A DNA stretch of 64,000 nt from the human T2T-CHM13v2.0 reference genome, Homo sapiens, in NCBI RefSeq assembly GCF_009914755.1, contig NC_060947.1. One strand, given 5' to 3'. The notes below the pieces were generated by a model. That model made no database searches. It saw only the letters and a list, made by a program, of their open reading frames with translations, and was not told where the DNA came from. This document shows, piece after piece, positions 34,501 to 55,162 of the stretch. The first letter of the stretch is position 1, and each line of letters begins with the position of its first letter. A program made the translations under genes and the position numbers.

Positions 34501-37500
34501 TTGAGCATTTTACTTCACACATGAAGGGGCTGTGCTTCTAAAACCCATTTAGCTTAGTTTATGAATATTTATTGTCAAGAGTAGAAATGCGTCAAATTTA
34601 CAGACAAACAATGTAAGACAAATCAGTAATATTATGTTTAGCTATTGATGTGAGATGATGCCACTTGCAGAAATAAAATTCTTTACAGGCAATAGATCTT
34701 TTTCATGACTAGGCTTTGCTAGATCTTATAATTTTGTAAATAGCACCAAAATAAAGGAGTTGGGTTTATTAGGGTAATTAAACAAGTTGATTTAGTCCCC
34801 AGTTGAGCACAGTGGGCCAAGGCTCGCCTGACTGCTCACTCACAGTGCACTAAAGGCCTGTGACAGCGTATGGGGAAAACAAACTGGGCTTTGCAGACCT
34901 GCATGTGAGGCACCTGCATTTTCAGCATTGGGGGCTTGATCAGGATTTCCATAATGAAGTTAGAAGACAGGAAGATCTGAGACTAGATTATACAGCTCGT
35001 TGAAAATTCAAACTCTGTTTCTATGAATTATTAGAATAGGTTTAATCCCCAAGTTAAAAGGTTACATGCCTGAATTCATTTTGTATAGGGAGATGAAGTT
35101 CCCTTTCAGTTTTGAGTTTGTGGATGGACCAGATGGCACGTACCTGCCCAGAAGGCCAGGTGGCACAATGAGGGGGTAGATGCTTATGTACACGTTTCTG
35201 GATAGAGGTTTTGTAACTTCCATGAGTTTCACAAAGAGGGCAGGGATTGGTTAGCCACTGATAAAGAGGGCAGTTGATGCATTGGGAGTGAGTAAGCACA
35301 CCTGGAGGGAGTGGGAATAGAGGAAGGTCCCAGGCAGAACCTAGAAAATCGACCAACTATAATACATATCAGACATTTTAATAAAATTATTCTCAAATCA
35401 GTGTCACATGAATTACAGATGGTGTGATTGGACATCACAATGATAAAGGTGGTGGTGATTCCTGGTGACTTTTGATTTTGGGCCTATGGATGTATTATAT
35501 GTGATGCATAAACCCCTTCAAATTAGATGCAAAACTTTGTGTATATGTGCATATAAGCATGTCTAGGGAGAGGAGCTCTAGATTTCCTCAAAGTCTTAGA
35601 GAGGGTACGTGACCCCTTTGAAGGTTAGGAATCACTGTGGGGATGAAGCAAGATGGCAGAATAGAAGCCTCCATCATTATTCCTCCCCATTGGAACAACA
35701 AATTTTAACAATTATCTGCACACAGAAAACCAATGTCACAAGAACCGAAAATTAGGTGAGTAATCACAGTACCTAGATTTCACTTCATATTACTGTAAGA
35801 GACATTGAGGAGAGCAGGAGAAACAATCTTCAATTGCCAACACCACCCCTTCCCCATCCTGCAGCAGTGGCCATGCAGCATGGAGAGAGAATCTGCACCA
35901 TGGGGAGGGAGAGCACAGAGACTGGGGAACTTTACGTTGAAATCAGTGTTGCTCTGTCACAGCGGAGAATAAAGCCATGCTGGGTTCAACTAGCACCTGT
36001 GCATAGAAGGATCATTTGGAAAAGACCTGGCCAGAGGGACATCATCCATCCCAGGGGTTCGAACATGAGTTTCTCAGCAAGCCTCGCCACCACGGGCTGA
36101 AGTGCTTTGGGGTCCTAGGTAAACTTAAAGGCAGTCTAGGACACTAGGACTACAATTTCTAGACAACTGCTAGTGCTAGGCTGGGCTTAGAGCCAGTGAA
36201 CTAGGGTGGCACATGATCTAGGGAGACACCAGCTGGTGTGGCTAAGGGAGGGCTTGCACCATCCCTCCCCCAGCCCTCAGGCAGTGCAACTCAGAGCAAC
36301 AAAAGTGACTCCTTCCTTCTGCTTAAAGAGAGGAGAGCAAAGGGTAAAGGGGACTTTGGTTTCCGCCTTGGATACCAGCTCAACCATAGTAGGATAGGGC
36401 ATTAGGCAGAGTTCTGAGGCCCCCATTTCAGGACCAAGTTCACAGATGAAATTTCTAGTCACACCCAGGGCCAAAAGGGAATCTACTGCCTTGAAGGGAA
36501 GGACCCAGTCCTGGCAGGATTTATCACCCACTGACTAAAGAGCCCTTGGGCGCTGAATAACCAGCAGTGATGCCCAGGAAGTACACCATGGGCCTTGGGC
36601 TTTAAGACCTGCTGACTACAGGTGTGGCCCAGCATATTATGAGCTGTGGTGACTATGGTGAAAGACTCCTTCTGTTTGAGAAGAGCAAAGGGAAAAGTAA
36701 AGGGGACTTTGTCATGCACCTTGGGTACCAGCTCAGCCACAATAGGGTAGAGAAACAAGCAGGCTCTTAGAGTCCCCGAGTCCAGACCTAGGCCCTTGGA
36801 CCGCATTTCTAGACCTGCCCTTGGCCAGAGGGGAGCCCACTGCCATAAACAATGAGTCCCAGGCGTGGTAGCATTCACCACAAGCTGATGGAAGAAGCCT
36901 TGGGCTTTAGGTAAACATCAGCAGTAGCCTGGCAGAACCTCCATTGACCGGTGGTGGTGGCCACAGAGAGAGGCTCCTCTACCTGTGGAAACGGGAGGGC
37001 AAAGTGGGAAGGACTTTGCATTCTGGTGTAAGTACCAGCTTAACCTCAGAATAGAACACTAGGTAAACTGCTGAGGTAAACTGCTGAGGTAAACACTAGG
37101 TAAACTCCAATACCTGGCTCCCAGACAGCATCCCTGGACATGCCCAGGGCCTGAGGGAATGCACCACCCTGAAGAACACGGCCTTGGGCAAGATCCAGTG
37201 CTGTGCTGGCCTCAGGTCTCACCCTGAAGCCACAGGGGTGCTTGTATCACCACACCCTCAGCTCCAGGTGGATCAGCACAGAGAGAGACTCTATTTGTTT
37301 GGGAGAAAGTAAGGGAAAAGAACAAGAGTCTCTTCCCAGAAATCCAGAGAATTCTTCCAGATCCTATACCAGACCACCAAGGCAGTACCTCTACAAGTCT
37401 GTTATAACCACAGTGTTAGCAGACTTGGGCCCAATTTCCTTCAAATACCTGGGAAGCCTTTCCAAGAAGGACAGGCATAAACAATCCCAGACTGTGAAGA

Positions 37501-38387
37501 ATACAATAAATATCTAACTCTTGAATGCCCAGACACCGACAAACATCTACAAGCATCAACATCATCCAGGAAAACATGACCTCACCAAATGAACTAAATA
37601 AGGCACCAGGGAACAATCCTGGAGAAACAGATATGTGACCTTTCAGACAAAAAATTCAAAATAGCTGTCTAGAGGAAACTCAAAGAATTTCAAGGTAAAA
37701 CAGAGAAGGAATTCAGAACCCTGTCAGATAAATTTAACACAGAGATTGAAATAACAACAACAAAATAAAGCAGAAATTCCAGAGTTGAAAAATGCAATTG
37801 ACATGCGAAAGAATGCATCAGTCTCTTAATAGCAGAAGTGATCAAGCAGTAGAAAGAATTACTGAGATTGAAGGCAGGCTATTTGAAAAAAACACAGAGA
37901 AGACAAAATAAAAAATAATAAAAAACAATGAAGCATGCCTACAGGATGTAGAAAATAAACGCAAGAGGGCAAATCTAAATGTTATTGGCCTTAAAGAGGA
38001 GGTAGAGAGATAGATATAGAAAGTTTATTCAAAGGGATAATATCAGAGAACTTCCCAAACCTAGACAAAGATATCAACATTCAAGTACAAGAAAGTTATA
38101 CAACACCAAGTAGATTTAACCCAAAGAAGATGACATCAAGGCATTTAATAATCAAACTCCAAAAGGTCAAAAATAACAGATCATAAAAGCAGCGAGAGAA
38201 AAGAAGCAAATAACATACGATGGAGTTCCAATATGTCTGGCAGCATACTTTTAAGTGGAAGCCTTACAGGCCAGGAGACAGTGGCATGACATATTTAAAG
38301 TGTTGAAGGAAAAAAGTTTTACCCTAGAATAGTATATCCTGCAAAAATATCCTTCAAACATGAAGGAGAAATAAAGACCTTTCCAGA

Positions 38388-38775
38388 CGATATGGATTGG
38401 CTCTGTGTCCCCACTCAAATCTCATGTTGAATTATAATTCCTAGTGTTGAAGGTGGGGCCTGGTGGGACGTAATTGGATCACGGGGGTGGTTTCTAATTA
38501 TTTAGCACCATCTCCTTAGTGCTATCTCATGATTAAGTTCTCATGAGATCTGGTTATTTAAAAGTATATAACACCACCCCCTTTACTCTCTCTCTCCTGC
38601 TCCACCATGTGAAGATTGCATCTGTTTCCCCTTCTGCCATGATTGTAAGTTTCCTGAGGCCTCCCAAGCCATACCTCCTGTACAGCATGCAGAACTGTGA
38701 CTGAATTAAACCTCTTTTCTCCATAAATTACCCAGTCTCAGGTATATTTTTATAGTGTGAGAACAGATTAATACA
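38388..38775 (+). mobile_element. MSTA-type MaLR solo LTR inserted in L1MA ORF1
   Basis: gatatggattggctctgtgtccccactcaaatctcatg...gaacagattaataca; 5-bp TSD ccaga at 38383-38387 and 38776-38780. Confidence 0.92.
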
Positions 38776-39248
38776 CCAGACAAACAAAAGCTGTGAGACT
38801 TTGTCAATACCAGACCTTTCCTACAAGAAATGCTAAAGGGACTTCTTCAATCAAAAAGAAAAGGATGTTAATGAGCAGGAAGACACCATCTGAAGGTACA
38901 AAATTCAATGGTAATAGTAAGCACACAGAAAAGCACAGAACAGTATAACACTGTAATGGTGGTGTGTAAACTACTTTTGTCTTAAGTAGAAAGACTAAAT
39001 GATGAACCAATAAAAATGATAAGTACAACAACTTTTCAAGACATAGATAGTAAAATAAGACATAAAGAGAAACAAATTAAAAAGCAGAGGGATGAAGTTA
39101 AAATGTAGGTATTTTATTAGTTTTCTTTTTGTGTGTTTGTGTCTTTATTTGTATGTGCAATCAGTGTTGTCATCAGTTTAAAACAATTGGTTATAATGGT
39201 ATTTGCAAATCTTATGGTAACCTCAAATTTAAAAAATGTGCAACAGAT

Positions 39249-39275
39249 ACACACACACACACACACACACACACA
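39249..39275 (+). repeat. (CA)n microsatellite
   Basis: About 13 CA units in the L1MA inter-ORF region. Confidence 0.9.
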
Positions 39276-40847
39276 GAGCAAGAAATTAAAGCATGCCACC
39301 AAAGAAAATAATCTTTGCTAAAAGGAAGACAGGAAGGAAGAGAAACCTTCAAAACCACCAAAAAAAGAATGTCAGGAGTAAGTCCCTACTTATGAACAAT
39401 AACATTGAATGTAAGTAGACTAAATTCTCCAATGAAAAGACACAGAGAGGCTAAATAGATGAAAAAACAAGACCCAATAATCTTTTGCCTACAAGAAACA
39501 CACTTCACCTATAAATATACATATAAACTCAAAATAAAGGAAGGGAAAAAGATATTCTATGCCAATGGATAGCAAAATGGAGCAGGAGTAGCTATACTAA
39601 TATCAGACAAAATAGGTTTCAAGAAAAAAACTGCGAAGAAGAGACTAAGAAGGTTATTATATGATGATAAAAGGGTTAATTTAACAGGAGGATATAATGA
39701 TTATAAATATATATGCACACAACACTGGAGCACCCGGATATATAAAGCAAATATTAATAGAGTTAAAGGGAGAGGTAGACACCAATACAACAGTAACTGG
39801 AGACTTCAACACACACTTTCAGCATTAGACAGAAGTCCAGTCAGAAGATCAATAAAGAAATATCAAATTTAATGTGCACTATGGAACAAATGGACCTAAT
39901 AGATATTTACAGAACATTTAATCCAATGGCAGAATACACACTCTTCTCCTCAGCACATGGATTATTCTCATTCTGTAACCACAATGGAATAGAACTAGAA
40001 ATCAATAACAAGACAAATTTTGGAAGCTATAGGAACACACAGAAATTAAACAATATGCTCTTGAGTGATCAGTGGGTCAATGAAAAAGATAAGAAGGAAA
40101 TTGAAAAGTTTCTTAAAACAAATGAAAAAGGAAATACAACATACCAAAACCTATGGGATACAGGAAAACCAGTACTAAGAGGGAATTTTATTGCTATAAA
40201 TGCCTACATCAAAATAAAAGAAAACTTCAAATAAATAATCTAATAATGAATCTTAAAGAATTAGAAAAGCAAAAGCAAGCCAAACCCTAAATTAGGAGAA
40301 GAAAATAAATAATAAGGATCAGAGCAGAAAAAAAATGAATTTGAAATGAAGAAAACAATACAAAAGATCAATGAAACAAAAAGTTGGTTTTATGAAAAGA
40401 TAAAATTGACAAACCTTTAGCCAGACTACAGAAAAAAGAAGACCCAAATAGAGACAATCGGAGATTTTAATAAAGGAGATATTACAACTGAAACTCAAAG
40501 GATCATTAGTGGCCCCTATGAACAATTATGTGCCAATAAATTGGAAAATCAAGAAGAAATGGATAAATTCCTAGACACATACAACCTACTAAGATTGAAC
40601 CATAAAGAAACCCAAAATCTGAGCAAACCAATAACAAGAAATGAGATCTAAGCTGTAATAAAAAGTCTCCCAATAAAGAAAAGCCTGAGACCCAATGGCT
40701 TCACTGCTGAATTCTACCTAACATTTAAAGAAGAACTGATACCAATCCTACTATAACTGTTGTGAAATGGAGGAGGAGGGAGTACTTCCAAACTCATTCT
40801 ATGAGGCCAGTATTACCCTGATACCAAAATCAGAGCAAAGACACATC

Positions 40848-40986
40848 AAAAAGAAAGAATGGAAGAAAGGAAGAAAGGAAGGAAGGAAGAAAGAAAGGAA
40901 GGAAGGAAGAAGGAAGAAAGAAAGAAGGAAAGAAAGAAAGAAAGAAGGAAAGAAAGAAAGAGAAAGAAAGAAAGCAAGAAAGAAAA
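40848..40986 (+). repeat. (GAAA/GGAA)n polypurine tract expanded from the A-rich KKEN codons of L1 ORF2
   Basis: ~140 bp of almost pure purine between gacacatc and ctacaggcca. Confidence 0.92.
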
Positions 40987-43900
40987 CTACAGGCCAGTAT
41001 GTCTGATAAATATTGATGCAGAAGTCCTTAACAAAATACTAGCAAACAAAATTCAGCAATACATTAAAAAGATCATTCATCATGACCAAGTGATATTTAT
41101 CATAGGGAGGCAAGGGTAGTTCAACATACATAAATTAATCAATATGATACATCATATCACCAGAGTGGAAGACAAAAATCATATGATCATTTCAATTGAT
41201 GCTGAAAAAGCATTTGATAAACTTCAACATTCCTTCATGACAAAAACCCTCAAAAAATGGGTATAGAAGGAACATACCTCAACATTATAAAAGCTGTATA
41301 TGACAGACCCACAGCTAGTATCATACTGAATGGGAAAAACTGAAAGCTATTCCTCTAAGACCTGAAACATGACAAGGGTGCCAACTTTCACCACTGTTAT
41401 TTAACATAGTACTGGAAGGCCTAGCTAGAGCAATCAGACAAGAGAAAGATATAAAGAACATCCAAATTGGAAAGGAAGAAGTCAAATTATCCTTGTTTGC
41501 AGATGATATTATCTCATATTAGGAAAAACCTAAAGAGTCTACACAAAAAAACTATTAGAACTGATAAACGAATTCAGTAAAGTTGCAGGATACAAAATCA
41601 ACATACAAAAATCAGTAGTATTTCTGTATGCCAACAGTGAACAATCTGAAAAAAAAATGGAAAGTAAGCCTATTTGCAATAGCAACAAATAAAACTAAAT
41701 AACCGTTAATTAACTTAGCCAAAGAAGTAAATAATCCCTACAAGGATAACTACACAAAGCTGATAAAAGAAATTGAAGAGGACAAACACAAAACATGAAA
41801 AGATATACCATGTTCATGTATTGGAAGACTCAATATTGTTAAAAAGACTGTACCACCCAAAGCAGTCTACGGATTCAATTCAGTGCTGTCCCTATCAAAA
41901 TACAAATGACATTCTTCACAGATTTAAAAGAAACCATCCTAAAATTTACATGGAATCACGAAAGACCAAGAAAAGCCAAAGCTATCCTAAGCATAAAGAA
42001 CAAAACTGGAGGAATCACATTACCTGACTTCAAATTATACTAGAGAACTATAGTAACCAAAACAATGTGGTACTGGTATAAAAACAGACACATAGACCAA
42101 TGGAGTAGAAGGCAGAACCCAGAAAGAAATCCACTGCCTACAGTTAACTCATTTTTGAGAAATGTGTGAAGAACAAACATTAGGGAAAATACATTAGGGT
42201 CTCTTCAATAAATGGTGGTGCTGTGAAAACTGGATATCCATATGTAGGAGAATGAAACTAGACCCCTATATTTCACCACATACAAAAGTCGAATCAAGAT
42301 GTGTTAAAGACTTCACTCTAAAATCTAAAATTATGTGACTACTACAGGAAAACATTGGGGAACATCTCCAGGTTATTGGTCTAGCCAAAAATTTCTTGAG
42401 CGATACCCTACAAGCACAGGCAACCAGGGCAAAAATGCACAAATGGAATCACATCAAGTTACAAAGCTTTTGCATCAACAAAATGAAGAGACAACCCATA
42501 AAATCAGAGAAAATATTTGCCAGCTACCCATCTAACAAGGGATTAATAACCAGAATGTATAAGAAACACAAACAACTCTATAGGAAAAAAAAGTAATATT
42601 CTGATCAAAAGATGAGCAACAGATTTGAATGGACATTTCTCAAAAAAAAAAAAAAAAAGACATACAAATGGCAAACAGGCATAGGAAAAGGTGCTCAACA
42701 TCACTGATCATTAGAGAAATGCAAATTGAAACCACAATGAGATATCATCTCAGTCAAGTTAAAATGGCTCATATCCAAAAGAAAGTCAATAACAGATGCT
42801 AGCAAGAATGTAAAGAAAAGAGAACCTTTGTACATCGCTGGTGGAAATATAAATTAGTACAACCAATATGGAGAACATTTTGGAAGTTCCTCAAAAAACT
42901 AAAAATAGAGATACTATATGAAGCATTCCCATTGCTGGGTATATACTCAATAGAAAGAAGATCAGTATATCAGAGAGGTGTTTGCACTCCCATTATTATT
43001 ACAGCAGTAATATCCAACATTTGGAAATAACCTAAGTGTCCATTAACATAGAAAATGGGGTACTCCTAAGCTAGCAGAAGACAAAAAATAAAATCAGAGC
43101 TGAACTGAAGGAGATAGAGATACAATAAAACATTCAAAAGATCAATTAATCCAAGAGCTGGTTTTTTGAGAAAATTAATAAAATAGACTGCTAGCTAGAC
43201 AAATAAAGAAAAGAGAGAAGATTCAAATAAACACCATCAGAAATGATAAGGGGGATATTACCACTGAGCCCACAGAAATTCAACCAACCACCAGAGGATA
43301 TTATAAACCCCTCTATGCGCATAAACTGGAAAATCTAGAAGAAATGAATACATACCTGAACACATACACTCTCACAAGACTGAACGAGGAAGAAGTTGAA
43401 TCCCTGAATATACCAATAATGAGTTCTGAAATTGAGGCAGTAATAAATAGCTTACCACCACCAACAACAGCAAGAGGCCCAGGACCAGATGGATTCACAG
43501 CTAAATTCTACCAGATGTATGAAAATGAACTGGTGCCATTCCTACTGAAACGATTCCAAAATATTGAAAAAGAGGGACTCCTCCCTAACTCATTCTATGA
43601 GGCCAGAATCATCATGTTAGCAAAACCTGGCAGAGATACAACAAAAAAAGAAAACTTCAGGCTAATATCCTTGATGAAGATCGGTGCAAAAATCCTCAAG
43701 AAAATACTAGCAAAGTGAATCCAGCAGCACATCAGAAAGCTTATCCACCACAAGCAAATAGGGTTCTTCCCTGGGATGCAAGGTTGGTTCAACATACATA
43801 AATCAATAAATGTGATTCATCACATAAACAAAACTAAAGACAAAAACCACATGATTATCTCAATAAATGCAGAAAAGGCTTTCTGAAAAATTAATCCCTT

Positions 43901-44090
43901 CGTGTTAAAAACTCTCAATAAACCAGGTACTGAAAGAACATACCTCAGAATAATAAGAGCCATATGTGACAAACCCACAGCCAATATCATACTGAATGGG
44001 AAACAGCTGGAAGCATCCACCTTGAAAACTTGCACAAGACAAGGATGCCTTCTCTCACCACTTCTATTCAACATAATATTAGAGGTTCTG

Positions 44091-44345
44091 CAAGGCACTC
44101 CAGCTGATGGGCCTCGCTGAGCTCCCAGCTGACAGCCAGCACCAACCTGCAGCAGTGTAAGTGATCATCTTATACTTTCCTGCCCAGTCACATTTCAGAT
44201 GTCTGCAACTCCAAGCACATTGAGCAGAAGGTTCACAGAGATGAGTCCAGTCCTCTGTCAACCCAGATAATCCTGAGACAATAAATAGTTATTGTTTTAA
44301 CCCACTAAGTTTTGAGATAATTTTTTACACAGGAACAATCAAAAT
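44091..44345 (+). mobile_element. MLT1H-like LTR 3' fragment
   Basis: gctgagctcccagctgacagccagcaccaacctgc...aataaatagttattgttttaacccactaagttttg. Confidence 0.75.
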
Positions 44346-44390
44346 AGTTATTTTCACTTCTCGTGGGTATTAGGAGTAGAACTGCTGACA

Positions 44391-44687
44391 GGCCAGGCAC
44401 AGTGGCTCACGCCTATAATCCCAGCTCTTTGGGAGGCCAAGGTGGGCAGATCACCTGAGGTCGGGAGTTCGAGACCAGCCTGACAAACATGAAGAAACCC
44501 ATCTCTACTAAAAATACAAAAATTAGCTGGGCTTGGTGGCGCATGCCTGTAATCTCAGCTACTCGGGAGGCTGAGGCCTACTTAAACCTGGTAGGCGGAG
44601 GTTGTGGTGAGCCGAGATTGAGCCATTGCATTCCAGCCTGGGCAATAAGAGTCAAACTCCATCTCAAAAAAATAAAAAATAAAAAAA
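44391..44687 (+). mobile_element. AluSp-like
   Basis: gtcgggagttcgagaccagcctgacaaacatgaagaaaccc; TSD gagtagaactgctg at 44374-44387 and 44689-44702. Confidence 0.92.
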
Positions 44688-45096
44688 TGAGTAGAACTGC
44701 TGGATCATATAATATCTGTATATTAATCTTTATAGAAAATTACCAAATTATTGTCAAAAGTAGTTTTACGTCTTCATACTCCCACTAGCAAAGTACGAGT
44801 GCTCTGGTTTCTCCATATCCTCATCATAACTCTTTCTAAAATTTTAGCTACTGGCAATTATTCATGGTATCCCATTGGGTTTTTAATTATTATTTCATGA
44901 TTACTAATAATGTTGAAAACTTTTCATTGTGTTTAATTATCATTTGTAAATCTTCCTTTGTGGAATCTGTTTACAAATCTTTTGTCTATTTTGTTTTAAA
45001 TTGAGTTTTTGCCATTTTATATTTATTTGTTCGAGTTCATTGCATATTCTAGATACAAGTCCTTTGATTCATAGATAAATGTATTGTGATTCTTTA

Positions 45097-51210
<6,114 letters not shown>

Positions 51211-51576
51211 TATTGTGATTCTTTACTCCAGTCTATAGCTTGACTTTTTACTTTCTTAAGAATGTCTTTGAGGAAGAGAAAGTTTGAATTCTGTTGAAGT
51301 CAAATTTACCAATTTTTAAAATGATTAACAATATTTTATGTGTGTTCTCTCTAAGAAATCATTGTCTACCTCCAAGGTTGAAAGATATTCTCTTACAACT
51401 TTTCTTAAAGTTTTCCTTTACCTTTTATATTCATTTATATAGACCATATTGAGTTTAATTTTTTGTGAATGGACCAAAATAGTAATTGAGATACATTGTT
51501 TCATTTTTAATATAACTATCCAATTATTATAACAAGATTTTTGAAAACTTTATTCATTAAATTTACTCAGAACCAA

Positions 51577-51679
51577 TACATATATATGTGTATATATACA
51601 TGTATGTGTGTATATAGATATATATTTATGTGTGTATATATATATGTGTGTGTGTATGTATATATATATATATATATAT
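51577..51679 (+). repeat. Compound (TA)n/(TG)n microsatellite
   Basis: ~100 bp of alternating purine-pyrimidine sequence. Confidence 0.95.
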
Positions 51680-54584
51680 GTTCTGGCTAGAGAAATCAGG
51701 CAAGAGGAAGAAATAAATAGTATTCAAATAGGAGGACAGGAGGTCACAGTATGCCTGTTTGCAGATGACATAGTCCTATATCTAGAGAACTCCATCTTCT
51801 CAGCCCAAAAGCTTCTCAAGCTGATAAGCAACTTCAGCAAAGTTTCAGGATATGAAATCTATGTGTAGAAGTCACTAGTATTCCTACACACCAAAAACAG
51901 TCAAGCCAATAGCCAAATTGTGAATGAACTACAACTCACAATTGCTGCAAAAAGAATAAAATACGTAGGAATAGACCTAAAAAGGGAAGTAAAGGACAAG
52001 TGAAAATGTGGTACAGATACAGGCATAGAATACTATGCAGCTATATAAAATAATGAGATCATGTCCTTTGCAGGGACACGGATGAAGCTGGAGTCCATTA
52101 ATAGCAAATAATGCCGGAACAGAAAAACAAATACTGCATGTTCTCACTTATAAGAGGGAGGTAAATGATGAGAACAGATGGACACATAGAAGGAAACAAT
52201 GGATACTGGGGCCTACTGAAGTACGGAGGGTGAGAGGAAGGAGAGGATCAGAAACAATAATGAATAATAGGCTTAATACCTGGGTGATGAAATAATCTGT
52301 ATAATATACCCCCATGAGACAAATTTAACTATGTAACAAACCTGTACCTCCTCCACATGTACCCCTGAACTTAACAGTTATAAAAAAAAGAAAATGAGGT
52401 GCTTATACACAATGGAGTACTATTCAGTCATAAAAATGGATGAGATTCTATCATTTTCAACAACATGGAAGGAACTGGAGATCATTACGTTAAGTGAAAT
52501 AAGCCAGGCACAGAAAGACAAACTGGATATTCTGACTTATTTGTCAGATCTAAAAATCAAAACAATTGAATTCATGAACAGAGAGTGTAGATGGATGGTT
52601 ACCAGAGGCCGGGAATGGTAGTGGGGATCAGGGAGTAATGGTTATTGGGTACAAAAAATAGTTAACAAGAATGTATAAATCTAGTATTTGATAGCACAAC
52701 AGGGAGACTACAGTTAATAATAATTTCCTCGTACATTTAAAAAAAACTAAGAGTATAATTGGATTATTTGTAATACAAAGGATGCATGCTTGAGGGATGG
52801 ATACCCAATTTTTTATAATATGATTGTTACACATTGTGTTCCTGTACCAAGATATCTCATGTACCCCATAAATATATACATCTATGTCCTCACAAATATT
52901 GCAAGTAAAATAATTTTTTTAAAAGAATCACTACAGTGGAAGAAACATTTGTGAAGCTTTGAACTCTGACAATAACAGTGTTTCAGCCTCCTTCCTATGT
53001 CAGACTCTCAGATTTACATTCCTTTCCATCTCTCTCTTTTTTGTTTATTTGACAGAGTAGTGCATTAAGTTCAGAATAATGCAGTCCAATCTGAATACAT
53101 AAGAGCTGAAAGGGGAGAGCTGAAAGGAGTGTATCTGAAGGGATTACTCCAAGAAGACTCCCCCAGAAGAGGTCTCTCTTAAAGTGAGATCTAGCAGGTC
53201 TGTTTAGCACTTGATTCTTGAGCTGGCATGCAGGAACAAGGCTGCTTGGGCAGAAAGGCATGGACAAGAGGGCTTTGGATGACCACACAATTGAGTATTG
53301 CGTTCACATGCAAGACAAGGTATTTCCTTTTTGATTGTGTAAGACTCTATAAATGAGGAAGGTCATTGCCAGACAGAAAACTTCATGGACTATTTATCAT
53401 TATAAAGTGGGCAGAAGATATTGACTGACCTGGTGGCTTAATCAGAATTCTGAGCAAAAGCTTCATTAAATGATAATTCAGTGCATCAGATTTATATAGT
53501 CCCTGTCCTCATTAACAATATAAATATTTATTTAACATAACATTTTGGAATTGAACACAGTATGGTAATAAGTTTCTTCCCTCCCTAAGCTGCTAGCAAT
53601 TGATTCTCACCTAGTTGTGTGGGTGACACTTAGGCTTTAGCCTTCTCAAGAATAATCCATGAGGCATGAGTTACTGTGCTATAATTCATATTTTGCCAGG
53701 GTTTTTAGATTTTATAAAGGAAGCTGTCCTTGGCATCATTGGGAATTCTCCAGGAACAGACTGGATCTGTGATAGGACAGCCTCAGAATATTCTAGAATA
53801 CAAATGGTGCTCTTGAGCTCCCCACTTTATTCCCAGCAAGAGGCTGAGGTTTTTGCAGGTATGCCCCCATTTATGTAATAGGTGTGCTTCTGAAAATCAC
53901 TGTGTAAACACATCCACATACATAAATAATGAAGCTTTAAATTAACAGTATATGGTCACTATTGAAGAACAAGTTTTTGCAAAGTGAAATATCTTTTTGT
54001 AATGTGAATATCATCACTGGTTTTATAAGCATGGTTTCTGGTATATTCAGCTTCTTTAGAAGTGAAACCTATTCATATGTAAGCCCAGGGAACTAGTAAT
54101 TGCAGTCTTCATGTGTTCAGGCTGACTGGGTCAATATTTTTACAGGGTCTCCCTAATTCTTTTAAGTTGGGAGCAGATGGCCCTATTACATGAATGATAA
54201 ATTGTGAAAATTGAGCATAGAAGAAAAAATAGTGTTAGAATCAAATAAAACTTGTTACGAAGTTAAAATGAGACATGTCTAATGATTTGTGTGGTAACTG
54301 GGCCAAAATATTAAGTGGTTTCTATAAATGGTTATAATTAGTGTGACTCTAGAAGGCCAGTCAAACATTTCTAGGGACAGAGGATGTTGAAGAGAGTGTT
54401 AAAGAAAAGTGACCAGACCTTTTTGAGAGCCCCTACAGCCATAACTCAGAAGGACTCAGGGCTTTCCCCGCTTCAGCTAGGCGTGCCAATAGCTCAGCTT
54501 TCAAGGAATTCCTGACTGATAGAGATTTATTATGTCAGACCCAAACCTGTAAGACCAAATCAGGCAAGTCATACTTATCGTGGA

Positions 54585-54772
54585 CCACTTATTTCTCAAG
54601 TTGAGCGTGACTCAGAATTCCCTGGAAAGCTTGTAAAAGCACAGAGGACTGAGACCCATTCCCAGTGCTTCTTGTTCAGTAGGCCTAGGATTGGGCTCAA
54701 TAATTTGTATTTCTAACAAGTTCTGATGTGATGCTGTTCCTTTGGGGGGACACTCTTTGAGAATTACTGGCT
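54585..54772. mobile_element. MER5A
   Basis: tcagaattccctggaaagcttgtaaaagcacaga...ttcagtaggcctagg...atttctaacaagttc...ctttgagaattactg. Confidence 0.8.
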
Positions 54773-54787
54773 TAGAGAAAGGGTGCA

Positions 54788-55162
54788 CATCTTAGTCTGT
54801 TTTCTGCTACTATAACAGAATACCTGAGACTGGATAATTGATAAACAGTAGACATTTATTTGGCTCATGGTTCTGGAGGCTGAGTCAGCATCCAGTGAGG
54901 GCCTTTATGCTGCACCATTCCATGGTGGTGGGAGGAGGGGCAAGAGAAGGCAAGAGTAAAAAAGCAAGAGAAGGCTGAACTTGCTTTTGTAACAACCAGT
55001 TCTCACAATAACGAACCCACTTCTGAGATAAGGGAATTAACCCATTCATGAGAGTGGAGCCCACATGGCCTAATCACATCTTAACTGTCCTACCTCTTAA
55101 TATTATCAAAATGGCTATTAACATTCAACATGAATTTTGGAGGGGACCTTCAAGCCATAGAA
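54788..55162 (-). mobile_element. MST-family (MSTB/C-like) MaLR solo LTR
   Basis: tcttagtctgttttctgctactataacagaatacctgagactgg...caacatgaattttggagggg. Confidence 0.85.

Noticed and set aside
36290-37050. ~330-bp imperfect tandem monomers
   Set aside because: Expected repetitive architecture of L1MA-type 5' UTRs.
40767-41119. K/E/R-rich ORFs
   Set aside because: Translation of a (GAAA/GGAA)n tract.
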